From: Antedon mediterranea
Taxonomy: Eukaryota > Animalia > Echinodermata
Length of the DNA stretch: 64,000 bases
NCBI RefSeq assembly: GCF_964355755.1
Contig: NC_092671.1
Span: 35,908,304 to 35,972,303, forward strand
Direction: 5' to 3'
Shown: positions 12,401 through 27,400 of the stretch, one piece after another
Position numbering within the stretch: the stretch's first letter is position 1
How the letters are laid out: the number at the start of each line of letters is the position of its first letter
Position numbers and translations under genes: made by a program
Notes under the pieces: model-generated
Told to the model about the DNA's origin: nothing
The model's input: only the letters and a program-made list of their open reading frames with translations
Databases searched by the model: none

Positions 12401-15400
12401 TAGATCTCAAGGTGAAGGTCTGAGATTGGCTAGGTGTCATCTACAAGCCAACATCCACGGGGGATTGCCACGTTGTGTATCGTCACTCGTCAATTTCCTT
12501 TCACACGACTTGCTTATTACACGTAAGTGAAAAACAGAAATAGTTTAGTGTATCGTGTGTTTGAAACACATCAGTTAATGTTCGTTTCCATGTGTTTCTA
12601 TTTGGACTGCAAAAAAAATATTTTTTTCTACCGTGTAACCTGTTTATTGTCAAGAAATCTTATCCTACGACGACCATTAAATGCTTTATTTAATCTTCAA
12701 AATGCTTAGCAAATGTGGGGCTGTATTATAAGTTGATACAAATTACTATTGTCTGTGTCTAGGTCTTCAACTGACTAAAATCACTTGGCAGTGGATGAAT
12801 TGATAAATACAAGCTGATATTGAAATGATTTTTAGAATTTGTAATTATGTATGATCATATAATAATAATAATAGTTCATTCTTATATAGTGCATATAAAC
12901 AAGCTCTCAATACGCTAAACATTATTACCCCAGTCATTTTTTTTTATCAAACATGTATGGAAACATACTCCCATAATGCAGCTAGTAATCAGCAGTGTCT
13001 TGATCTAACTGGGTACCCATTTATACACCTGGGTGGAGAGAGGCAAATGTAAGTAAAGTATCTTGCCTAAGGATACAAACAATGCGGCGAGAGTTGGATT
13101 CGAACCTCGATCTCACGATCAGTAGTCAAATGTCCAACATACTGCGCCACACACTCTACATGATAATGATCATCAATGTTTAAATATAAAGAGTTTAGTG
13201 TTTTAGTTAGTCAGACTTACATCATACAGCATGGTGAGTAAAATAAACAAAAATAGCAACTAAATACTGTTAATTATCTCTCATCCCTTCCAAGAGCATC
13301 AACGTTTAATTAATAGCATATTAGTGGCCTTATTAGTAATTTCTTATAAGTCATTGACTTATATCAAAATAGGTAATAAAGCTTATACAAAAAACTAGGG
13401 TAAATTATTCTTCCTTTGACATATATAAGTGACCTTACTTCACCATATTATACATTGAATGTAACCTCCCCCAAGGAATTAATATTTCTTCCAAATTGAT
13501 GCGCACCACCTAAATGTGGTCTATATCCAACTTGGATTAATTACTGATATGACCCCCATCTATATTTTATCCATTTAATTTTTCCCGTTTCTTGTCATTT
13601 AACTTCCTTCAAAATGTGCCTTCCCAACATTTTTAATTAATATAATATGTTGGAATTCATTTTTGGATTAAGATCTGCTATAATCATGTCTCTTTAAGTT
13701 CATGTACTTTTTAAGTTTCTCCCCACCCTTAATCATACACTTTCTCTGCTTAATCTATTTACAAATCTTGTAAGCAATATAATTGTACCTTTCTTCGCCT
13801 TCCGCTTCCACATGGACTGGTCTATTTAGTAGTGGTTGCACAGCTCTATCCATAAGCTGGAATCGTGCCGCTTCTTTTAAGCTTCGGTCTGATTTTTTAC
13901 GATCACTTGGACCTTTAAGATGACACTGAAAACCAAACACATTTTATAAACACTTGCTACATTTTTGTTCTCCATGATCCTGTTTCTGCTGCCAAAAAAT
14001 AACCAGTTTAATAACAGTGTGAATAATTTAACCCCAATTTTTTGGGATCGGAAACAGGACAAATTTTCAATAACCGGTTAAATGGCAGCCTAAATATAAT
14101 GGTTAAAAACACACAATCGATTCGCTGTTAGAATGCCATTTAACCGGTTATTGCTGTGTAACTTTTAGCTCATTCACAAACATAAATGAACAAAAATAAA
14201 GAGTTTTACAGATATTCAGATTGTTATGCAAAATCTCTAACATTTAGTTTTCACAAAATAATAGAGAAATATACAGTAACTAGATTTGATTTCAATATTT
14301 TATACTTAAGCTCTGTCTACACAATACTAAGAAAGTGTGATGTACCTGAAGATGGTAGAGATATGCTTAAATATGGTAATGTATAACATCATCATGTCCA
14401 TATATGGGCACATTTTTTTGTCAAATGGGCAATCCAGTCAAAAGAAAGAATAAATAAATAAATAAAATAAGGTTTGATAGTGTATACAGAGCTTTAAACA
14501 ATAATATAGTGGCATTGTTCAAGAAAGTGTTTATTTCTAAAGTTGCCTATCAGGAATTGACAGTTAATACAGCAAAATCCATCAGCATCAGCCAGGGACA
14601 AGGGATTTATGAGCAATTTGTAAACAAAATCATACAATCAATTGAAATGACAGCTTAATACTCTCAATTGGAACGTAAAAATGACTGTAAAGCTAATAGC
14701 AGTTGGTCAAGTAAATGGATGTATAGAATCAAAGCATCGTAAGTGTTGTTGTGCAAAGTAAAATCTGCATTCTTTTGAAATTCAAGAATGCTATTAATTT
14801 CATTCAATATTTACTAATTATGCTTTAGTATTCGTTTCGTGCGACAGAAAAAAAACTTGAAAAAAAAAAAAAAACTTTCTGAATAACTTCATTATGTTAT
14901 AGAGTTTGCAGTACAACACATGTATTTTTAGTTCTAAAAAGAACTGTTGAGTTTGGTCAATATACATGGAACTAAATGTAAATGGTGAATTACAAATCTA
15001 TATTAAACATACCTTAAAATTTGGGCTGTTGTTAGGATGAGGGCCCCATGAGCCCTCCTTGTGTTGTACTTTGTACGGTCCTTCAAACGCCTCATCAAAA
15101 GATGTCATGTCAAAAGCGCACACTGCTGAGCCACTCATACCATTTCTAGAAGTATGAATAAAATAAATAATCTTTATCAAATGAAAAAACATGTATAAAT
15201 AAAATAAATAATCTTTATCAAATGAAAAAACATGATCAATTTGAGTGGCAGGATAATCATGAAATGATGAGTAGGAAAATTGTGAAGATAATGATACTAA
15301 AATAAAGGAGGCAGCTATAAGATGAAGACATGATATTTATGGTATATGATGATGTAAGGATCACAATTGGTGATGATTTAGTATGAGTAATCATATTAAT

Positions 15401-18400
15401 GATAATGATTATGATGTGGCATTGCAATGTGTCATAATAATCATAATCATTATCTTAATGGGAGTGAGTGGCCGAGCGGTTAAGACAGTGGAACCGTAAA
15501 TTTACGTAGCCATAACATCGGCAGGGGTTCGAGGCTCACTCACTCCATGGTTCTGGTGGTAGTCCAGTCTTTGACTGAAGAGGTTACCCAGTATAAATAT
15601 AAATTTCAATTCAATTCAATTCAATTCAATGAGGGTTATTGTTTAATTAAATAATGATAAATATATCCATACCTTTGAGTGGTAAATACTCCATAAATTA
15701 CCCCATCGGTTTCTTCGTACACAGCACTCTCTATAAATGAAAAAAAAAATAAATAAACATTTAAAAAACACGTACAAATGATTATGATGATACACAAAAC
15801 ACACATTTCTCATCATAAACACAATGGCTTTTGTTGAAATCGATCAAACAAAAGGGAATGTGAATTGTGTCTTGTCAGCAAATTTAAAACCATCATCCAT
15901 GTAGTACACTCAGATCTGTGTGCAATCTTTCAATATTTCTTTATCTCTCCAAAATTTCTAGATTTACTTGCAAGATAAAACATTTTTTTTCTCCTCTGCA
16001 AATCCTTTAGGATGGTGTACAATACAGTCTCAGACAGCTGGCTTAAATATAATTATATAACTTATTCTCAAGTCATTCTCATTTATTTATCAAGGGAATG
16101 TGAGAACCAATGAACCCTTTTTTGGGATTACATTGGCACATGTTGTCTCCTATCACAAAAGTATATAAATTCAAATAGAAGACATTTCTTGAAAATCAAT
16201 ACTTAAATATTTGTAACCGTTCTTTAAAGATGTATTGTCCCCAAAAACATAAAAAAAGTAAGATTAATTAAATCAGACTGTGAATATGTTATTTTGTAGT
16301 TTTAATAAAGTTAATCACTTCCAAAGAAAAAAATATGGAAAAAAATAATGTTTTCACTTATAAAATGACAAAATAAATGGTTAAATTCAACCAAAAACCC
16401 ATTGGCTGGTAGCCAATTTGACCATTTTTTGCTTTCAATTACAGTTTTTTCCGTTAAAATACATTTTTTTTTAATCCAATTTTTGGTCAAAGTGGATAAC
16501 TATTATGTTACATTAAAATGGCATATTCAACCAAAAAATTTGTAAGAATTTTTTTTCAGGGGGACAATACATCTTTTACAACCTATATCTAACTTTAGCT
16601 TCAATTTGGTGCTAACAATTTATTCCAATTTTCCTTTCTTTTTAAACTTCATACGCATCCAATATCGCCAATTACAGGATGGATAAACTATTTTATAACT
16701 TATTTTGCTTATAAACTAAGTCTCATTTGAGGCTTAGGCAGTGGAGTTGTGAGTTACAACCCTGGCACAGGTCAGGATTGAACCCTGGATCTTCGGATTG
16801 GAAGGCAATCATGTTAACCACCAAGCTACAGTTCCACTACTTGTAAAATATTTAGAAAAATTTAGAAAGAGGGAAACAATCATTTGTAACTATTTGAAAA
16901 AGAGTGAATTGAATGGTAAACTGTAAGATATAATTTGAACCTAACAAAACAGAACAACTGGTAGATATGGGTTTCCTCTTTATGAAATTTCTTTCTCATG
17001 GAAAGGGTTATGCCCCTTGTAATCAGGATCTAACCAATAAATAATGCTTATGTTTGATCATGCATCAATTCATATCCTCTATCATTTTCTGCAAATAACA
17101 TGATGTGGAAAGTTTTGGGGAGTACAGTACTGAAAATGAAATAAGTTATATAAATAAACTAGAAAAACTATTAGTAAGACAATACACAAAGCTACTATGA
17201 AATAATAAAATGACCTACAGTATCATAAATTCTCACGACACTAACTGTACTACCTAAGCCTTTATTGGTCAAATGGGTATTAAGTTAAGCCAGTATGATC
17301 TTTTTTTATTTATTACAATGTTGATTAAATAATATGCAATTTTAGCATGCATTTCACAATAATTGAATAATATAAAGTTCAATCCTACCACTTTATAAAA
17401 AAAAATACAAAAAAGGTATAAAATCTGGGATTTAGCATCCCAGGGTATTAGGCGCCAATTACACTTATCACTTGATCTGTCTCGTTATGCGCTTCTCTAT
17501 ATTAAATAACTTGACAAAGGCATTATAAGAGGATGGACTAATAGACAACAGAAAGGACTTTTAAAAAAAGCCATAAAATACTGTCGTTTATTCCAGTAGG
17601 GTCAAGATTACCATTTCTCTCACTGTGTACAAGTATATATCCTGCTAATAGTGCTTAATACATACTTGTTTAAAAGCTCTGTCTACACTATCAAACTAGT
17701 TTGACATAACAAGTGTGATGTGTCCAAATATGGCAGTGATATACCCAAATATGGTAGTGATATGACATCATCATGTTCATATATGGGCACATTACATTTT
17801 TTGTCACATCAAGCCATGGCATAGTTATTGAAAACTGTAAGTGTTAGGACAGTATTAGTATAAAATAGCCAAGAATTTGTACAGATTATTTCAAATTAAG
17901 TTAGGATTTAAAACTACAAATTTAATTGTTTGAAAACATTTAAAGGTGTGGATCTCAAGTGTTTTGGCATAACAATTGGGTTTTGAAGAAATCTTTGGAA
18001 TAGCTGTTGAACATTGTAAACTTATAATCACAAATCTGTCAATCAAATTGACCCCACCGCCCCCTTTAAAATTAGTTAATCTGTTTGAGACACTTTGCTG
18101 TTATAAGTAAAATTAGAATGTGAACTTTATAGTACAAAATATTAACTCTGTCCTGAACACAATCAAATCAAAGTGTTCATTGCAGTAGTATAAATTCCAG
18201 ACATATAAATTCTCAAAATTAGTTTTCAGTCAAAACAGTCCTTAAAAAAATATTATGAAAATATGATAGGTTGACAGGGTATGGAAAGAGTATAATGAAA
18301 GTTGACAACTTTATCATAATCATTTACATCAAGGGAATTGGCCCATAGAATAACCAAAAATCACAGGTAGTTAAGACAAAATAAATCTGTCAGTAACCGT

Positions 18401-21400
18401 CTGTCATTGATACAGGGACAGTTATATTTCTATATAAAATTAATATTAATTTTCTTTTAGGGCCTGGGTATAGGTATGCTGCTGTGTGGATTTTTAGCAG
18501 CTGGTTTAATTATGAAAAAGTTATTTTAGTTGGAAATAATGTATGTGTATAAATGGTGATAACATTATGAAATATCCACATTTTTCTTACAAATTACAAA
18601 TACAGAATTTATTTTGAATAAAATTACGAATGATTTTTTCTTCCTCTTTCTTTTTTCTTATGTATCAAACACCAAGCAACTCGTCAATTACAGGATAAAT
18701 TAACTACCGGTATTTTACAATTTATCATGCTTATAAGCTAAGCTCATTTGAGGCCTAAGAAGTGGAGTTAAGTCGTGAGTTACAACTTCAGCACTACATC
18801 AGGATTGAACCCTGAACCTTTGGATTGGAAGACAAGCATGTTAAAGTACCAAACTACAACTCCACTACTTACGCAATTCATGGAAGTAAAATGGATATTC
18901 TCCTGGAATTGAACAGTTGAGCCTGGCTTTCACGTATGTGGTCCAATTCTCGATCAACATGTATTCACCACCAGTGTCATTCTATGGAAGAAATCACAAT
19001 TTAATTGAAAAGATGTGTCCTCCAAAAACATAAAAAATGAAGATTGATAAAATCAGACTTTGAATAGGCCATTTTGCAGTTTTTTATAAAGTTTCTTGAT
19101 AAAAATGTTGTCACTTATAAAAAGACGAACGAAACGGTTAATTTCAAAACTCATTGTCTGACAGACAATCTAAGTATTTTTTCCTAAAATTACATTTTTT
19201 TCAGGCAATATTTTTTCAATCCAGTTTTTGGTCAAAGTGAATAACTATTATGTGACATTAAAGTGACATATTAAAAAAAAAATTGTTGTTAAATATTTTT
19301 TAGGAGACAATATATCTTTATTAACATAAAAACTCATTAAAACAATGATGAACATTTCAAACTTCCAAATATTTATGACCCAATTCTGACATATTTGGTT
19401 GGTCGTGGGGAATGGGTCATTCGCTAAAGAAGTCTACAGTCAATAGAAGCATTTTGAAATATCTTTTTAAAAATATATAGTGTTGTGATCAAAAGTTCAA
19501 ATTTTTCTGAATAATATCATCACTAAATATTTAAAATATAATTCATGTTTTACAATTTCATCTTCAAATTAAATTGTTAAAAAATGTAATCTAAATGATA
19601 CCAGATGTCAGCAGGACATTTATATGGACAGATTATAAACAACTTTATTTTAAACAGATAAATACTATCAAATCTATTGAAAAGCTTGAATAAACTTTAT
19701 TTCTGTGACATACACTACATGTACTATATACAACCAAATATTAAAACTGACAGATAGGAGTCTGGGTAAAAGAAACTCTAGCACGTAATGACGCTAGCCA
19801 GGGTGTTGCAAATGTAGATGCCTAAAAGATACACAAACAGCCGGAAGGATGTTCTGCGACACAAGTCTATATAGCCTTATAATGTCTCTGGTAAAATGAA
19901 ATATCATCGCATTGACTGTTATTAATTATAGTGTAAAGACTAAAATAAACTGTTTTCCATACTTCAATATTTTAAGGCCATGGTTCAACAAGTTGTGAAA
20001 ATTCAACATTTTGGGAGTGAAAATCAATTTATTGACATTAAATCTAAATCTTATTAGAACATAACTTATTTCTCTATGAATATATTAAACAGCAAGACAT
20101 GCTTGCAAAAAAAAATTCTTGAGCAAATATTTATGATTCATGTTTTTCCAAGATAACCAAATATCTATAATTGTTTTCTAATAAATAATTGCTTGATAAA
20201 ACAAAGAATTTGATTTTAAACGTCAAATGTACAAAATTGAATCTGACAACTGATTAATTTAGCAATTTTGTCAAATTAATTTTAACTTTATTGTTGTTGA
20301 AAATTATTATTTGACTGACACACACACACATATAAAAATTAATAAACCTTTTTTTATTTTTTTATTTCTATTTTATTGTCAATATAATTAAAACAAGATA
20401 CATGTTATTACTGTATATTTGGAAAATAAATAAAAAAATATTGCTAAATTCAAAAGCAAATTATTGAAAATGACAATTGGTATCATTGACAGATATAAAT
20501 GAAGATATAAAATAAACAAAAAGCTAAACCAAACCAATAAAGTACATATATTACTTATTTCTATAAATATTTATTTTTAAAAAATCTTAAAGTTTAGACA
20601 ATTCTGGCAAATGTTAGTAAATATGGTATAGTTACTTTTATACTACTGGTCTTGTCTAATTGCTAAAGTGTGCCCTCTTGTGTCCCATTGGAATAGAAAC
20701 TTTATACAGTATTATAATGTTTGTATGAATTTTATATTTAATGTTATAAAATACAATTTCAATTTATATTGAAAAATATTTCTTTTTTTCAGTTTGTTTG
20801 TTGTAAGTGTATATTTATATGATTTCAGTAAAATTTCTCCTAAAAAACATAAAATACACTTTTAAAATTGATATTTTTACTAAATAGTTCAGCACCCATA
20901 TTATTTTAGTCATTTCAAATTCTTTTAGTCATTTCATATTATTTTAGACATTTAATAATTCATATTTGTATATTTTGATGTTTGTACTATAAATAAAATA
21001 TGCCACCATGAATGTTTAATGTTCCCCTGTTCCTCTTATAAATAATCTGCAAGCTGGCATTTTCTGCTTCAACATAAACCCACATAAGAATTACAACCCT
21101 ACAGCACCTTAACATCATCTCCCATTTATCTTCCAAAGGGAAGCTTGACAATACTATATTGATTAATCATAAAACTTATCAATGGGGATATTTCACAACT
21201 CCAGACAGACGATTTAAGTGGGTCTGAGCCTAAAGGTCAGGGCTACGGCACGTGATGATCAACGAGAAATCCGCATTTTACCTTGCTATAATGCGTGCAG
21301 ATTCCCTTCATGATATCATGTTAATGACGAATGACTAAGCAGATAGAAATTAATTTTATTAAAAAAAGTAGCCAAACGAATTAATTTACATTCTTTCTTC

Positions 21401-24400
21401 AGGACAAGTTAGTCAAACTTTATGCTTGTAATAAAAACCTATATTATTTTAATATAGATATTATTTTTTTCAAAAAAACCAAATAACCGATACATATATA
21501 TTTTTTTCTTTTTCTTCACTTGCACTGATGAAGGGCTAGTGTTGCCCGAAAGCTCTGCTAACTTTTCTGGCTGTTTTACTTTTGTATCTCCATTGAGATC
21601 CAGCCACTGATACCCACAGCATTGTCATTTTTTTTTCAGAACAATAATAAGTCAATCTTTTATGATTAATCTAAAACCCCATAATTTTTTTCTAAACTAT
21701 GAATGAACCTTATTTTTAAAAACCTATAATCATTTTTCTTCCCTGGAAACATTTGTAATTTTTTTCCCAATTTTTAAAATGTAATAGAACTTGGTTGTTT
21801 TGCTCAAACAAAAATCATTACTAATACCAAACAATGATAGCATTTTTTTTTATTTGTGCAGATTTTTTAGATTATTTTTTATAGTTGTTTTGTATGCCAT
21901 GTTTCATCGTATTAACCTTGCCTATTCATTAAGGTATATATAAGACCTTTTTTAAAAGCCGCACAAAACAACAAACGATATCGGTAACTACAAAGACTAA
22001 ACTGGAAAAACATGTTTTCTATTATAAAAATATTGTCTCCTTCTTTGTCTTTCAATATTGCCTAAGCGAAGGTTAAGCCAGTCTCTTTATCTTATCATAT
22101 TTTATCAATACGAGGGATAAAATTGTAATTATTTGAACCTCGATAACTCTGATTATATGAAGTCATGGGTTTGTAAATCCTCTTTATAATTATTGCATTT
22201 CCCATAGGATTCACAACTATATCCTCTATCACCCAATATCAATGTCAAATTTATTATGGAATTTAACCAAAAAAATCCATAAAAAATGTATTTCTAAGAT
22301 AATATCAAGAAAGTGTATCAATCCTTATTTTACATGACTTTTAGTTACATAAAGATATTAATTATTATTTTGCACTGATGAAGGGCTAGTGTTGCCTGAA
22401 AGCTCTGCTAACTTTTCTGGCTGTTTTCTTTATTGTTTTGATTTAGCTTTTTGCTTATTTTATTTTGTACCTCCATTGAGGAGATCCAGCCACTGATACC
22501 CACAGCATTGTCATTTTTGCAGTAATGTGCCTTTGGATTAAATTATCATTTTTATATACATATGATTTGTTCTTTTTAAATTTGATATTTACAAAGGTAC
22601 AAAATATAAAATTTTTATTAAAATTTTATTTATTTTTTTTTTTTTTTTCAATTTCTTCATGATGATTTGTAATGTTTACCTGAAATCATATATTAAAGTT
22701 TAATCATCATTTACGTTTTATATGTTGTTGTTTATATTTGTATGGACGCACCACCGAAAGGTGTGTGTCACTGATTCGAAAGTGAGTACCAATAAAATAC
22801 TGAACATCAAAAATGGGTGCAGAAAATCAAAAAGGTGTTTTTAATTTAAAACAAACATTCCGAAAGTAGAAGAGAAAGCATAGATTTGAATAGAAACAAA
22901 TGTGACCTGCCGTTCAAATTTCAAGTCAAGGTTCACAGTTTAAAAAAAAATAGTTATCGCATTTTAACGTGTCTGATACAAGTTTACACCAAAAATTGCT
23001 ACTTTAATGGAGATTGTCAGAGACATTTCGGAAATTTAAACTGCTTTATGCTCTCAAATTAAATGGTGATTTTAACATTTTCAAATAAATTATTTAAATA
23101 CTTTGAAAATTAGTCGGACTGCAGATAGTAACAATCCGATCCCTGTCAGTCAGTCCAACACATACTGCGGTAACGTCTAAAGCTCGGTCTACACTATCAA
23201 ATTAGTTTGACAAAAAAAGTGTGATGTGCTCAAATATGCTAGTGATATGTCCAAATATGGTAATGATATGACATCATCATGTACATATATGGGCACATCA
23301 CATTTTTTTGTCACATAATGTTTGATAGTGTAGACAGAGCTTTAACTGCAAATCCCCCAATAAGAAAACATATAGGTCTCACTCGTTAAATTGCGATTAG
23401 AAATGCTGTTGACCATGTCATTAGAAAATATTCAGTAGTGGCATGTTAAAAATTATATGATGCTTTTAAAGTAACATATTTATGTATTAATAATATATTT
23501 AAAGGTCATATTTTATGACTGTCATTTACAGATAATGTAATAGTGGTAACAAAGTTTGTGATATTTCTCAACTTTTGATGTTAGATTATAAGTAATAACA
23601 TTGGAACCAATTAAGACATCAGAAAGCTGACCAAAATGTTTGATGTTCGAAGTTGGTAGCAGGCCAGAAGTTTCTGACCCCTAACTGATTATTAATTTAT
23701 TTTCTCTATGGACTCCCATACATTATAATGCTGTTGTAGCTTATGTCATTAGAATAACTATGCTAAAAGCACAGGCTTACTTTTATAAATAAGCACAGTA
23801 GTTATATGATAATTGATAGCCAATGGAATTTGCAAATGAACACATAATAAATAGTACTAATAAAGGGTGCATGAGCTATTTTAAGGAAGAGAAAACATGG
23901 GTGCAATAAATTTAAGCGCAGATGTTGATCAAACATGTGCGCATAATTAAAGGTCTCGACTTTTTAATTTGATGCAATATTTTAAATACATTCACATTAC
24001 ATAACTATGTTGAAATACAACATGAAGCGACCTACATCTGCATCGCCATCATTAAAAAGAAAAACATTCGTATTAAATGTCGGCATACGCAAACTACACT
24101 CCTGAGGTTTTAATAGATTATGATGGCTAAAGAACCAGAAAATATTTCAACAGCCAAATGATTATGTCAAACTGATCTGCATGTCTTGATTAATAAAAAT
24201 TCTTTTGGGACGTCTTTATAAGCCATTTTCTAAGATTTTGTTTCTTTAGACTTAAGAATATCAAAGAATGACTTCCTATTTTCACTGGTCTGCCAACATT
24301 TAACTGATTCAGCTCTCTGAAACATGTTCAACTTACACCCACCTTATAACTTTATCGTTTCCCAACCAAAGACAAAAGTTATGCTGGAAGTACATGAGTT

Positions 24401-27400
24401 AATTTTGTTTAAATATGAAATTTAATATGTACAAAGTTCTTACCTTACAAATTCGTGCCACCCTTGAGTAGATAGCCTAAAAGAAAAAAAAAACTTGTTT
24501 TATAATAATTAAAATTGTTTGTGGAAAAAGTGATAAACAAATATTGTTATACAATCGATGCCTTTTGTACAAGAACAGTATAGCTGTGTGTAACACAAAA
24601 AAAAACTTATTGCCTATTATATATTCTAAGATAAATAACATTCATTTTAAAAAGAGCAACTGTTTTAAGAACATAATGTGGTCATTCATACAGTACAGTA
24701 CATGACCCGGTTATTGGTGCCCTATAGAAATATCAAAATATATAAATTTAAAATTAAATGACTTAACATACAAACAAATTGGTCAAAGTTTATTCATAGA
24801 ACATGGTTTATCCATTTGGCCTGAGTATGACATTTGTTTTTCTTTAAATTATATTTTAAGATGGACTAGCTAGATTAGCTAGAATTTGACGTCACCTAAG
24901 AGAAATTTCATCTTTATTTAAATGAAAAAAAGTAATGAGATTTTAATATCTTCCAGAAATCTTAATTTGATTTCAATTAAAGTTTCTTTATACTCAATTT
25001 GTTAACATTATTCAAAAAATTTAGAAAGTGCCCCTTCTAAATCTGAAAGTGAATAGGCCATTACGTTTTCTTAAATACCATTACAACAACTTCCAAAAAT
25101 GGTGCTAACTATGTTAGAGCAACTCTTAACTCAGCATCTCAAAGTTTAAAGTTTACATTTAGTATATAAACATGTAAATACGTTTTAAAGAAATCTAGCT
25201 TAATATTTTGAAGCCCAAATGACTTGTGCAAATAATTTCCACTGCAGATGGCCACTTGAGATTTAGTATCAAGAAGTTGCTCTGTTTCACTGTTTGTTTA
25301 GCTTGTCTGATAGGATTTTTTGAAAGGATTTAAGTGTCTCTCCCCCCAGCAATCACAAATAAACATGGTAATCACTCACTAAAGAATTATCGTGATTACA
25401 AATTTAAGTATCAACAGAAAAATAAAATGATTTTGATGTGAATGTCATACCAGCAATTATTGGCTATCACAAGCCAACACTTCACTTTAATTCATAAAGT
25501 GCACTTTTAAAACTAGAGATAGAAAGTGATGGAAGAGAGTTAGATAGCCTAACAAGCTTAGCTTGAGCTTGCTCGTTTGTGGAAAAACGAATCCCCTTTG
25601 TAAAAATCTAGTATGTAGGCCTACTTCTGATTGAACGTTCTTTATAAAAATAAAGATGGAATCATAGATTGAAATCTTTCCCATGGTCTAAGAGAAAACT
25701 TCCAAATTTGCAACGGCAGTTCGATGGTGACAAAATGTATAGTCCCTAAACTTTTTAGAAGAGTGTAGCATTGAAGTACAAGTATGGTACTTATGAGTAA
25801 TACATAATCCATTACAGTACATTTAGACATAGCCAATCTGTCATTACCATAATCATTTCAATAGCAAGCCAAGGTTATTGCAACCATGACCATTTTAAAA
25901 CATAGACCCCATCATCTCCTTCTCACAGTTGTTGACAAATTAAATCATTTTACAACTGTTTCAAATTAGAAAAATGTCCATTTATTTACTATACTATTTT
26001 ACAATCTTGAAAATCGTTGACTAAGTCGCTTATTGCACAGAGGCATTTAGTTAGGCGAGGCCGGAGTTTATTACAAAATGAAAAAACAAAACGAATTATG
26101 AATGGTTCATTAAATTTAATGGGCAAGCTTTATAATGAAAATTTAAGACTAAGAAAAATTGTTATTTGATGAAATCATAGCATGCGAACAATATGTTTGG
26201 CGATACGGTAATCCACACTTGAGATAGTGTATAAAGATAAGGCATTTGAGGTGATGGTTATTAGTTTGATATAAATTTGTATTTTGTATGAGAACAATAC
26301 ATAGATTAACCCAGTAAAATCAACATACAAATAGTAGTGTAAAATAATAGAGAATAATTTTGGTTTATTTGCAAGATTGGGTTACTTTTGTTACTGTACT
26401 TTATTTACAAGAATTGCTACAGTTTTGTTCATTTTGTTCCCATTTATTTACAGTATTGTACAGTGTATAAAGCTGTATAAAAGTCCCAATGTAATGTAAT
26501 ATGTACTCTTATTTCATTCTCAAGTATTTTAAAGTGCATTCTCACATTCTTCTATTGAGTGTGAACATGTAATTAAAAAGCTATTATGTTAAAACGATGT
26601 TTATTTAAAGTTATTCAAACATGTCTTGGGTTTCTGAAAACTGAAATGAAATGCTTATCAATCAAAAATTTACTACTGTTGAGTGAAAGTGGTGTGTTAG
26701 TTTATTTGAAGGGGACCAAGTATGTCTGGCAAATAAACTTGAAAAAACCCTCAAATAAACAAACAGAACCCAATGTTTATAGATCATGTGGTAGGTGATG
26801 TTATTGCTCATGTGAATGATGTAAACAGAGGTGATAGCCAAAAGAGTTTGTCAGGTGCGGACATTTGTCTTTGGGATATGTTGTACTATCCGGGGAGGTA
26901 AAACTACTATACCTCCTTGCTGTACTGTATAATTCATGGAAACGAAGGTGATAACCTAAAAAGTTTGTCAGATGCGGAGTTTGCTGTATATTATTATGTC
27001 CATATATGGGCACAGGGCACATCACACTTTTTTGTCACATAAAGTTGATAGTGTAGACAGAGCTTTAGTAGAGGATCAGTAAGTTATAAAATCAATTATA
27101 CTGTAGTGACCAGATCATTTGGTCCAACAAAGGAGGTATAAATATACAACTCTTGCAAGCTGGTACAATTTCCATTCACTGCATGATTCATACTGTATAT
27201 CAGCAGAAGCATATATTGCATAGCGCACACTCCTAACATTTTCCCTATTTAGGGACAGTTCCAAGGTGATATAAACCAGTCAAAAACAGAAATGCTTGGC
27301 CAAGGGAGTGTCAACAAATTCTAGCAATATAGGAAGGAAGGCATGTATTCAAATTTAACATGTAACGATGTAATTTACTCATTTAGTCACAGGAACATTT

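Noticed and set aside
15461-15548. Possible tRNA gene
   Set aside because: The anticodon and T arms pair poorly, there is no oligo-T terminator, and it continues into a body with a (TTCAA)n tail, so it is a SINE head.
22744-22776. Hairpin CACCACCGAAAGGTG as a Helitron end
   Set aside because: No CTRR terminus and no matching 5' TC end identified.
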